Positions 12,221 through 23,439 of a stretch of 64,000 bases of DNA are shown here, one piece after another. How positions within the stretch are numbered: position 1 is the first letter of the stretch; every line of letters starts with the position of its first letter. Origin of the DNA: Schizochytrium sp. TIO01. Taxonomy: Eukaryota; Protista; Bigyra: Labyrinthulomycetes. The translations under genes and the position numbers were made by a program. The DNA lies in NCBI GenBank assembly GCA_004764695.1, contig SMSO01000031.1:3820436-3884435 (forward strand). Reading direction: 5' to 3'. Under the pieces are notes generated by a model, which saw nothing but the letters and a program-made list of their open reading frames with translations, was not told where the DNA came from and made no database searches.

Positions 12221-13734
12221 TCTCTCAGATCACTAACTTGAACGATCTAATCAACTCCCGCTCGCTAGTGAAGTGAAATGCGAGCTACAGAGCTGTGCGC
12301 ACGCCGTACGGCGTGGCCTCCGATACCTGAGGTCTAGCAAATACCTGAAAATACTCTTAGTTTTACTGTTCAATATTGTATTCGAAGAGATTTTTATAGC
12401 CGTTGAGATTACTTGTTTTCACCACTTCACAGTATAGGTCCTGGTTCCTTTGATCAGGCTTATTTGTATTACTAGGCCAGAACAGGAACAATTACGAAGG
12501 CTAACTACCTAGCACTTATTACTTATTCTGATATCATAATCATTGCAAAATTTTCAGAATCACGAAGAGCAGTAGTAAGTTCAAATTGTATCGTAGCAAC
12601 AAGTCTATATACAAATCTTCAATTTCAAATATTTTAAATTAGTCGTGGGCCTGGGCTGCATTTTAGCATAGGTACAGAGAAATAATGCCATGTACTCTCA
12701 CTTGATGAGTTAGTGTTATACATCTTTATCTTTGGTTGTAAAATTCAACTCAGTCTCTAAAATGTTCGCCAATGCTCATTTATTATCGCCGATGCTCATT
12801 TATTATTAGAAAAGGCATGAAATGGAGTAGGTAAGAAATAAAACTTGTTACAGAAATCTTCTTGCATTATCCAGGATGAAATACACGATGGATTGGGCTA
12901 TCTTGAATATAACTCAATAGTAAATGTACCTTAGAATAGTCGTCTATTAAAATTTACCGGAAAAGGATAACCTTAGAATAGGTAGTAACGAATGTATTTT
13001 AACAGCATTTGAATGTAATTGCATCAATCAAAATAAAGCAATACATCTAAACCCTCTTACAGCTCATTACAAATACTTAGGCCTATAATGTGATATCAAT
13101 AACTACGCCTCCTCGCTAAATCCTGGTCAGTACTCATCCTTACTTTCCCCCTTTTTTTTAATTGCAGATGAGAAAGAGGGATTTCATACTACTGAAATTT
13201 TTTCACAGAGTCCTGCAAGTTCACTATCATGGAAATCGGGAGTGTGATAGAGGTTATAAGTACTTTCATTCGAGGTCTTTTGATTACTGATTCATTGCCT
13301 GGGTGAAAGAGCTCAAGGAAAAGGACTTGGGAGGGGTACTACCTACTCCTCTAACTAGTGATACTGATATAACGATGATTTTCTGACTAATTATGGTTGT
13401 CTATTATTAAAAGTAGGGAGTATTAGTTGAAATAGGAAATAGGAGCCTAAATAAGAATAAACTTAAAGAGAATTCTCTAAAGAAAAGGAAGAGAAAAGAA
13501 AAAGGAAGGAAGCCAGCAAGCGGAGCGAGTGGTGGAGCCGTGGTATCATAGGCTTCCTTTATAATCATTGATAGTGTCTTCAGCACCACCAGAGAAGAAC
13601 TCAAATCGCTAACGTTGCTGCGACGGGGTCCGTGGAGACAGGCCGGTTGGTGTCCAGCACGAGACGAGACAGTCAGGCTTCTAGATTCATTGAAGGAGCA
13701 GTTGAAAACCCCTGAGTCACAACAACAGGGTACG

Positions 13735-14279
13735 ATGGCTCAAGGCACGCTTCGCAGCTCTTCAAGTGCTCCTGCGCGTAAGAAGCAGTCTAGACAGAAC
13801 CTCGCTCGCGCACAAGCTATCAAGCGTAAAAATGGTAAGTTTGTCTTGTTCAAACTCACACAGAGCTACCTCTGTGTCAGAAGACGATGCTCTGCATCTA
13901 AGGACTAGGATGGTTAGCTTGGTGTGCCCCTTTGGAAAGGGTCCCAATCGTTCGATTGCAATGGACCAACCAAATGATCAAGAAGTTGAATACTAACTTA
14001 AATGTCTTGAAATGCATTAACTTTTCAGCTCCCGTGAAACGCAAGAAGCAAGTGCGCGATGTCAAAGCCACGCGTCTTCTGCACCAAAACATTGAGCGTC
14101 TTGCAGCCGCGAAGGCTGTCAAGAATGACGGAAACTTGCTACGTATCAAGGAACTGGCAGAAAAGGGCAAAGCACAGCTCCATCTCGAGGAAAAGAGCAA
14201 GCAGAAGAAGAAGAGTCGTAAGCGGGAGGAGATTGAAGCTCTGCAGATCGAAAAGGCTCAGCAGCGCCTGCAAAATTAA
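13735..14279 (+). CDS. Small basic protein, UPF0390/DUF2462 (C19orf53-like), 116 aa; exons 13735-13834 and 14029-14279
   Basis: MAQG start, Lys/Arg-rich, APVKRKK…LHQNIERLAAAKA resembles the family pattern. The GTAAGT…TACTAAC…TTTCAG intron splices in frame. Confidence 0.75.
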
Positions 14280-17066
14280 TTTGACATCTCCTCTGTATCC
14301 CACAAACTTTTTGCAATGGTCCTCTATTCATCCGGTTTTCCTGATTTTGGTACTGCGACCCTTACATTATAATGTAACGCCGGATAAGATGTTCTGTACG
14401 TATTCTCCTACAACAAAATAGTCTCCATCATCTCTGCTATTTACAAATTGTCTACCTTAGATGGCCTTGACTATGATTTCATTCAAATGTTAGGCTTGAA
14501 GACGGAGGCTTAAGATGCGGCAAGGTAGAAGCAAGCAAAGCTTTTGCAAAACACATACTACGTCTTTCTGAGTTTTCGTATGATGGAAATGAAGTGTAGA
14601 GCAGGTTTAAAAGAGTCCCCACGTATACAAAACGCTAAATCCCAAATAAAGTATTCAATTTGTTGTGTTATAAATTGTCAGCGAGGTATCAGAAATGTTA
14701 AACTTCAGATAAGCATTCACAAAAATTCAGCTTCACAGTGTCTAATGTCTGACGTGCGTTCTTGTATTTCTGTATTTCTTTTGTCTACTTTAATCAGAAT
14801 CAAATATTGCAAGTTGGCCAATGATAAGTATATAGATTGATATGCATATACTATTATGGTATATGGAAGAAAGGCAACTTGATTATTTCATCACGACTGC
14901 AAGTCTAAAATTTACTCCTCTAATTTTTCAGAGAGAGATATTTTCAGGGTTGAGTTTTATATCAAGAGCAGACCTTTTCAAAAAAATTCGTTGCTTAAAG
15001 GTCAAGAACTCTTCTGCATTGCTTCACTATATAAAGAATGCACATTTGAATTTTACAGGCGAAGTTAACGAAATCTAAGGGTTAAATATTTACAATGACT
15101 TATCAGGGATATTCTTTAGACAGCTGGAGTGAATTTGTCGTTGATTCGAAGCTAAACTCTCTAGCTAACGCGCCTTAATTAGCCTTAAAGTCGACTTGTC
15201 TTTGGCGAAACTTGGCATATTATAGCGAGGAGTGGCTTAGAGAAAAGCAACTGAGGTTAAATATCTGTTGCAAATTTGACCATTTAGGGCGAGGTAAACT
15301 TGAAACTTTGAACAGATAAAAGTTTATCCTTTCTTAGTAATGAAAGGCAGTCATTCGTTCAACGTTCCCTAGGATAATTGTCAAAATTAGACAGGTTTGA
15401 TGTTTAATATCGACAACGTCTTCCCTTTCCCTATGATCACGTTTCTGGACAGTATCTCCGGAAGTCTACAGTAGAATGGAGCTAGTCAGCTCTCGTATAT
15501 TTTCAATCAATAAGAACATAGCAAGCGCTTGAATTTTCCATTTGATTATAGTAATTTCTCAGCCCACCAATCTTCTTCCTTCCTTGCTATAAACAAAAGT
15601 TAGTACATTTCCAGGAGGCTATTCATTCTTGGCACAGACTGGCTCAACCACTGCGCAAAACCAAGACTATATTTAAATCTTTTGGAATTGAAACAACCTA
15701 TGGACAATGAAAGTGACTTTAAATTTTATGGCAGGGTCAGACTCGGAAATTTGGCGTTATAGAATCTTGAATCTGGAAGAGTGACTCTGCATAATAATGG
15801 TATCTATCCCCCTGTCTAACCACCGCACAATTAGGCAGATTTAGGAGTGATCCTAAAAAAGTAACTATGGGACCTCTTTATAACACCTTAAATACTTCTT
15901 TCACTTTAAGTAATAACTCATGGTTGCTGGAGCATGGCGATTCTTATTATAGTCTTAAGCACTACCTAGTCTTTTCCTTTTCCGTGGTTTGCGGCTCTCG
16001 TGGGACCAGGTTTCGAACAATTTGAACGAAAAGATGCTGCCGCTGCGCGAAGCTAGGTCCTTGATTTCCTATAAGGCTTCAGACAACTCGTGGGTTGTCT
16101 GAATTGGGGTTCTGATTTTACGATTAGCAGCAGCTGAAGGTGGTCTGTGAATGAAATTTTAAGGATGGATGCAGGGTGCCAGGAGCGTGTCCCTCTAGAG
16201 GTTTTGTCCTTGTGGTGGCATTCTTCGAGACTTTCATGTTTTAAATTTATTTATTCTCTTTTTCTTTTTTTTTTGGACGCCAGATCAGTTCTTTCCAAGG
16301 TTCTTATTTCTACTTTACAGAATTCCAATACTTCACTTGCTCACAGTACAGATTTAGAAAGCTTGAATTCACCTTAACTACAGAATCATGAGAGGGGGAG
16401 TTCCTCTCTACACCTACTTACCTTACCGTTTCCAGTGTGTAAGTGGAGATTACTTCTCAGTGTTGCTTAGAGGCAGTGGTTACTCTCATTAAAATTAAAA
16501 CTATGTGCTTAAACTTGATCTTGTGAGGAAGTTATTAGTCACAGTGTATAGAATATAATAAAGTATAGTGGATGAAGGAGGGAAGCCCATTATTTTTTTC
16601 TCCCCTTTTAAAGGGAGATGTGAGACAGATCATTAGAGAGAGAGAGAGAGAGAGTGATGTAGAGTCTTCAGGGGAGAATGGGTAATGAGAGAGGGCAAGC
16701 AACTCTTGGCCGCCAAGAACCAGGAACTGAGCGGTGCAGAAGCGAAGAGGGTTGCGCGCGATCGAAGACGAAGGGTCTGATTGCGGGGAGGCTAGCGGTG
16801 TTTGCTCGAGGTGCGTGTAGATACTAGGTGTGTGCACAGGTTCAAAGGTCTTGCGATCGTCGTTAGGAAATCAGAGCCTACACAGGGGTGTCGCTTTCCT
16901 CAGCAGCGCAACTACGTTGCCTTGAAACAGCGTGCTTGTCTAAGTCTTCGCAATTTGCTGGGACAATACAAATTGAGCGCAAAGGAGGGCAACCTAAGAA
17001 TTCGAGGTGAACAGGGGAAGGTTATCAAACTGACTTTCAAAGCCTAGACCTTAAGATTCTGCGAAG

Positions 17067-18569
17067 ATGCCATCTCAAAAGGATAATCCGGCCTTTGTTG
17101 CCATGTACAAGCAGGAGTTTGGGCTTCATGTTGTATGGCAAAAGGTCAGCCTTGAGGAGCTGGCGGAGCATGAGAACTATTTTCATGGGCGCTGTCCAGA
17201 CAGCATGTTGGCGAAGGGTGTGAAGAACTTTTTGGATTGCCTGTGTGAGTCTGATCAGGAATCTGCCAGGCGGGATGCAGTTCTGAAATTCGGAGGCCAT
17301 GTTGCGCGGGCTCTATTCGTGAGTAGCATGCCTGAGACTGTGCGCGTGGCGTGCTTTGAATACATGCTACGAAGCAGGATGTGCTTCAAACTCCGAAATA
17401 ACGGAAATGGCTTCTACGTCAAAGCGCTCAAGGATTGGCTCTATTCGCAAACTTTTCACAAATATGTGGAACGCTGGATTGCTTTTGGCACAACTTTCAA
17501 AGTGCCGTCTCAGTCCGGATCGCGAAAGGGTCAGAAGCGTGGCCGGGCTTCTAAAGGTGGCTCGACTCCTACGTCCGCGACAAGTCCGGCCGCTTCCCCA
17601 AGTTCTGGTGTGATGGCGAATGGAACTGGGAATGCTGCGAATGGGAACGGTATGAGTGGCACTGCTGCTGCAGGCAACGGCCCCTTGGTCAGCGTCAATG
17701 GTAGCAACGGAGCTTTGCCCTCTTCTGCAAGCACGGTGTCTGCTTTTCACCCTGCCATGGGCTTAGCAGCTATGAACGGAAATTCCTTTCAGGGCCTTGA
17801 GGAGTCTTCTCGAAGCGGAGGTTCCAGATCTGCGCGGGGTTCGCGTGGGCGTGGAGGATCTCTGCCTGGAACTTCTGGTAAAACCCGCAAGCGCCAAGAT
17901 CCAGGAATGGATGCGGCTGGTGCGCATGGGGTCAATGGTTCTGGGTTCTCCTCAGTCAAAATCCCGGTGTTTGGGGGTTCTGACAATGAGGATGACCAAA
18001 ATGAGGTAGATGATGACCACGAACGGGACCCTGCTCACTCTACTGAAGAAGCAGGTCTGGAGGCTGAGGCTGAAACAGAACTTATCGATAGTGAGGACAT
18101 GGGTGACGACGACGCACACGTCCCACTAAAGGTCCAGCTGCGACAGCTCAAGAGACGTCTGGTGGTGCAGGAATCAACCCTGCAGGTGTTACAATCCCGC
18201 TTCGGCCTTTTGGAACGCGTCAACATGCAACAGCAAGCTATTATCAACCAATTGGTATCTCAGGCTGTTATGCAAGCTAAAGCCCAGGCCGAGATGCAGT
18301 TCCACTCGCAAGAGCAACAGGCCAATGGGCGAAATGCCGACCTCTTGGCGAAGCAGCTTCAGCTGCATCACCAACAACAACTTCACCAGCAGCAACAGCA
18401 ACAGCAACAACAGACAGCATCTGTGAAACCTGAAGAGACCAATAGCTCATTAACAGCGTCAGGAGCATCGGGTTCTCCACCTCCAACTTCAACAATGTCT
18501 ACTTCACCGTCGCCCTCGCCGCAACCATCAGCTATCGCTTCCAGCGAAGCGATGTCTATTGCTCAGTAA
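17067..18569 (+). CDS. Hypothetical 500 aa protein: globular N-terminal domain, basic NLS-like motifs, acidic tract, leucine-zipper-like coil, polyQ
   Basis: Long GC-richer ORF with coherent modular composition; no family recognised. Confidence 0.85.
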   Translation: MPSQKDNPAFVAMYKQEFGLHVVWQKVSLEELAEHENYFHGRCPDSMLAKGVKNFLDCLCESDQESARRDAVLKFGGHVARALFVSSMPETVRVACFEYMLRSRMCFKLRNNGNGFYVKALKDWLYSQTFHKYVERWIAFGTTFKVPSQSGSRKGQKRGRASKGGSTPTSATSPAASPSSGVMANGTGNAANGNGMSGTAAAGNGPLVSVNGSNGALPSSASTVSAFHPAMGLAAMNGNSFQGLEESSRSGGSRSARGSRGRGGSLPGTSGKTRKRQDPGMDAAGAHGVNGSGFSSVKIPVFGGSDNEDDQNEVDDDHERDPAHSTEEAGLEAEAETELIDSEDMGDDDAHVPLKVQLRQLKRRLVVQESTLQVLQSRFGLLERVNMQQQAIINQLVSQAVMQAKAQAEMQFHSQEQQANGRNADLLAKQLQLHHQQQLHQQQQQQQQQTASVKPEETNSSLTASGASGSPPPTSTMSTSPSPSPQPSAIASSEAMSIAQ

Positions 18570-20251
18570 TGAAGGCGTACCCAGCTTCTGTTTTTGGCAC
18601 TTCATTCTTTGCAAGTACTTTCGCGCCCCATATTCTCACCACATTTTTCGCGGCCACATCCCAGTGTGGGCATCATGGATCGACGCTTGCATCATCCTAG
18701 GCCTGTCATTGGCTTCACATTGTAGCTTCAGTTTTGTTGCTTGCTCTTCCTCTAATTTATGCGCGGCGGGAATAGAGAAACCGTCAAAATCAAATCACCC
18801 CAATAAGACTCTGCTACAACATTTATTTGTAGCAACAACATCCTTGAAACACATAAAACAAAACAAAACAAAAAAACGAAGAAAACGAAGAAAAAAAGTC
18901 AAGCAAGTAAGCAAGCACCAGCAACAGAATCTCGTCAATCTCCCTACACACGCCAGGGGAATAAATCGCATTCAGATTCACCACTTTGCACATGGTGGCA
19001 GCAACAACATCATAATGATGATAAGGGAGGTCAAAAGCCAAACGAAAACACACGCACATGAAAAAAAACCACCTCCAACCTTCAAACTCAATACAAACTC
19101 GACGAACAACGATGCAATTCCTTTACGATATAATAAACACGCCAAAAATATGTACGACATCAAAAAAAACTCTTAGCATTCACTTTGAACACAGTCCTAT
19201 TCGAATCTTTCATCCTTGAGTAGATTAGTGAAGGAAATAAGAGGCGCTAACATATCTAGAGCGTGATTGTTGATTTTTCGCAATCAATCGACGTTTTACT
19301 TTGCTTTTAATCCCCCCCGGGAGTTAGAGAACTACTTGCTTATTGTCATCTAATGAAGATATCCACATTTTTTATAGCAAAGCAGGGACGTTCCTACGCT
19401 AAGTCGGCCGTTCATGAGTAACGAAGGAACTCTATTGCTAGTTAACAGGTGATACGGATCATCTTCATCCACCAATACAAAAAACAAAAACAAAATCTTG
19501 TTAATTTGTAGGAATACACAACTATATCTGCAATTGCACTTGAGTAGAAACAAGTGTTACGTGGTTCTGATGAACTAGATTTAAAAGTTTAATGAAGTAA
19601 CTGTGCTGCTGATAATTGTAATGTTACTAGTGCTGCTCTTCATAACAAACTAAGATGCCCTCGTTGATTGGAATGATTTAAGATTATACTACAATACCTC
19701 GACCTCAGTTATCTGTAATGCTTGATGAACTTGGTACCCTGGATTTATGATTGCTATGATTTAATCATGAGGTATGACTGCCCCGACCTGACTTCTCGGT
19801 GCAGTGATTAAAGGATCCTGTTATGTAAAGGAATACAAAGTGGTTTATAATGAGAGAAAACAATTATCTCAATACTTCAAATCCGATGCATTCACAATCT
19901 ATGTTCATAGGATAAGGTTGTAATAACAAGACTGCAATAATTCGAACAGGATGTGTCCACAGCTATCTTTCAAGAAGCGAAAATGTGTTTGCAGTCTGGG
20001 TCTAGCCAGGATGGCTTAAAGTCAAGCATTCTTTTAAGAACAACAACGATGTGGTTCTACAAGTATAGGTTTTTAGAGGGCGTAGGATCCTATCGTGTAA
20101 ATGAATATGAGCTGGTTGTATCAACAAGAAGACAACGAAAGTCGTCAAAATATGCACATCTCACGAAATTGGGCTTTCTTCAAGGTTTTGGTAAATTTTC
20201 GGATTTGGGTTTTGCGGAGGGATAGAAAAGGAGGGATGAACATGAAACACT

Positions 20252-21543
20252 TTACTTGCCGCAGCATCCATTGCCGTTGGTCTTGCCGTCGTTAAGCTCG
20301 ATACCACGGCTTCCACCGGCCGGGTTTTGACGTGCAGGTTTGTTGTTGGACCCATCTTGCAGAAGGCGGTCCTTAACGTGCTTGGCGACGGCTTCAAAGG
20401 CTTGCTTGACGTTGATGTCCTGCTTGGCACTGGCCTCGAAAAAGTTATCTATTCCGAACTCCTGGGCCAGCTTTTGGCCTTCCTCTGTGCTGACGACACG
20501 CTCAGATGGGTCCACATCAGCCTTGTTTCCAATCAGCACCTTGCTAATATTGCTCTCTGCGTGATTTGAGATTTGCCCCATCCAGTTGGCAATGTTGTCG
20601 AAAGAACCCCTGTCAGTGACATCGTAAACGAGCAGAATTCCCTGGGCACCACGAAAGTAGGACGTGGTGATCGTGCGGAAGCGCTCCTGGCCGGCGGTGT
20701 CCTATCCAATGCGAAATAGGTATATTGGTTTAAACAAACAAGGAAATAAACGTTAGTTCGGGAATTCGTACCTTTCAAAGATGTTGACATAGAGTTGTAA
20801 ATCACAATCGCATTTATTGTAGAACCAGAAACGCAGACAATTTCTCCTCTAATAATATTCGCAGCAAAAACGAAAATACCGCATTGAACACAACGAGCTA
20901 ATTACCTGTATACATTGTTCTGACAGTATGACTAGGTGCAGAAACTTGCAAGCAACCCCAAACCCAATCCCTTTTGGCTCTATATTTCCTCCAAATGCTG
21001 GCAAGTACATGCGCTCTATGTTTTATAAGAGTTGGAAAAAATAAACGTACCCAAATCTGCAACTTGATGGTCTTGTCATCGAGCTGGATGGTCTTGATCT
21101 TAAAGTCTGTTTTTAATGATAAGCAAAGACCAAGAAAGAAGCTTTCGAGTTAGTATCCTGGCTGACCATATGTTAACATACGTATGTACTCAACAGTTGG
21201 GAAAATCTACCCAAGAATGGAATTCCAGCGCATAGGTTTAAATGGAACTGGAAAGAAATTTCAAGAAGGTACATGTTCCAAAGCAGAGTAAATCTTTCAC
21301 TACTCGAGTCCGTGCGGCATGGACCCTGCAATATAAGAGACATAGTAAATAAACAGAAAGACTTTCCGCGTTTTGCACAAATAAGGTGAACGTACCGATA
21401 CCGATAGTGGTGATGAAGGTAGGGCTGAAGGAATCGTTAGCATATCGCAAAAGAAGGCATGTCTTGCCGACGCCACTGTCTCCGATCATGAGCAGCTTGA
21501 TCTGAATGTCAAAATTGGTGTTGGCCGCGCGGTTCGCCATCAT
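20252..21543 (-). CDS. RAB8: Rab8/Sec4/RabE-type small GTPase, 217 aa; exons 21543-21396, 21106-21051, 20701-20252
   Basis: GDSGVGKT P-loop, FITTIGIDFKIKT effector loop, [20 protein letters not shown]-terminal CCGK. Two GTACGT…AG introns restore the frame. Confidence 0.95.
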
Positions 21544-23354
21544 CCCGACGTGTAGAAAGTATTCCTTTATTAAGCTCCTGTTCGGATAAGTTAGCTATTG
21601 CTACAACTGAAGTCAGGAATGAGCGCCGCTGCTTTGCACCTGAGTAGATCTCTTCAAGTTACAACTGCGCACGCGTCTCTGTGCACGCTAGGTATCTAAG
21701 CTGACCAACTAATAGCTCCAAGAGGCGTCAGTCAATCAGTATGTTAGTCAGTCAGTCACTAAGTTAATGGCGCTGCCCCGAAGGTTCTTTAGCCCGCAAG
21801 CCGATGTATCTGAGCTTGCCGCTACTCCCGGCGTCCCAAAGCACGGGCGGAGAGTGGCGAGAAAGCTGCGTGGGTAGGATACGGCGAGTTGGCTAGGGGC
21901 CTATCGGTGCAGAAGGCTTGCTGCGCGCGGACGAAAGCCTACGCTTGCTTGCTTGCTTGCTTACTTGCGTGCCGCGAACAAGGGTCCTGCCTCCTTGTTG
22001 CGGCGAAGGTGCCGCGTTCGCCGCGGACAAGAAGAAAAAGAAACAGACTAAAATCAACTATAGATATTATTATAGGCATTAAAAGAGCATTAAAAAAGAA
22101 GGAAAAGAAATAACTTTCAACTCTTTTTGTTCTTATGCAAATATATGATATATCATAAGTAAACATAGAGCTTCCTTCATCATTAATTAGGTGTGAGGAA
22201 AATGAAGAATTTTCACATTTTTGAATGAACGAATGAATGAAAGAAGGAATATTAGTGCTCTTTCCTCTTTCTTTTCGTCACGCTCGAATTGGTTGAGAAG
22301 TTTCTCTCTTTCAAAAAGCAGATAGGTTATTTCATTCTCCTTTCATCTCTCGAATAGGCTAGGCACCAACCTATCTGATAAGCTAGTAACTCCCTCCTTC
22401 TGAGAAGTCTTTGAATGATAAACGAACAACTCGTATTACTCCTACTCAGATCATAACAGTACTCTGTTGCTCTCTTCCCTTTGAGAAGGAGAGGTGAAAG
22501 AATAGAAGATATTGAGTGAGCAGAGAGTGGAGGAGTTAGCAGAGAGAGCAGAGAGAGCAGAAAAAAAAAGACGAAGAAAAAGAAGGAAAAGAAGGAAAAG
22601 GAAAAGAGAAGGAGATCTAACGTTTGAGAGGGGAGGGGGGGGGGCTAAAAGATGAATGGGAAGTGAGGTAAAGAAAATGTGAGAGAGGGAGGGCAAAGAT
22701 AGTCAGAGTAAAAGAAGAAAAAGGTAGTGGAGATGAGAGGGAGAAGTCACAGTGACAGTGGAGGATGAAGATTTTGCTGTAGGGGTAAAAAGAAGGAGAA
22801 AAAGAAGGAGCGAGTGTGCGTGAGTGAGTGTGTGTATGTGTGAGAGTCTGCCTACACCTAGTACATACTTACCCAGAAACTTAGTTCATCTAAACAATAG
22901 CGATGAGGCGAATGAGTTCAGAGAGAAAGGAAGTTTTTTTTAAATAAGTTTTTTAAATAAGTTTTACTTAAAAAATCAACCATAAGAGTAACTATCTAGC
23001 TACCTAGTCTCGCATAAATACGCTTTGAAGTTGACCAAATATAAGCTCAGATCGAACTGTTAACTCTCAATCAGTACCGAAGTAATTCTCTGCCATCATC
23101 ATGATGGTGCCTCTGACTCTGACTCAGATCGAGAGAATCCCTAACGAAAGTCAACATAGGATTATGACAAGATCAAGAGCATCAGAGAAAGATCTGACTC
23201 TTCAGGGTGAGTTGGTTTTCTTAAGAAAGTTCACATTAATGATGTGGCATAGTTGCAGTAGTTGTACTATTACTAGGGATAATTGACAGTAGTAGTGGGG
23301 AAGAGAGTTTGAGAGGAAGGAGGTGAGGGAGAGGAAGTGACTGAGGAAGATAGG

Positions 23355-23356
<2 letters not shown>

Positions 23357-23418
<62 letters not shown>

Positions 23419-23439
23419 GATAGATAGATAGATAGATAG
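23357..23439. repeat. (GATA)n microsatellite
   Basis: About 20 near-perfect GATA units. Confidence 0.95.

Noticed and set aside
12766-12806. 20-bp direct duplication TCGCCRATGCTCATTTATTA
   Set aside because: Two adjacent units with no spacer; ordinary slippage duplication, not CRISPR-like.
18559-19176. 205 aa ORF directly after the orphan gene
   Set aside because: TTG start and A-rich low-complexity 3' UTR-like sequence; no protein-like signal.
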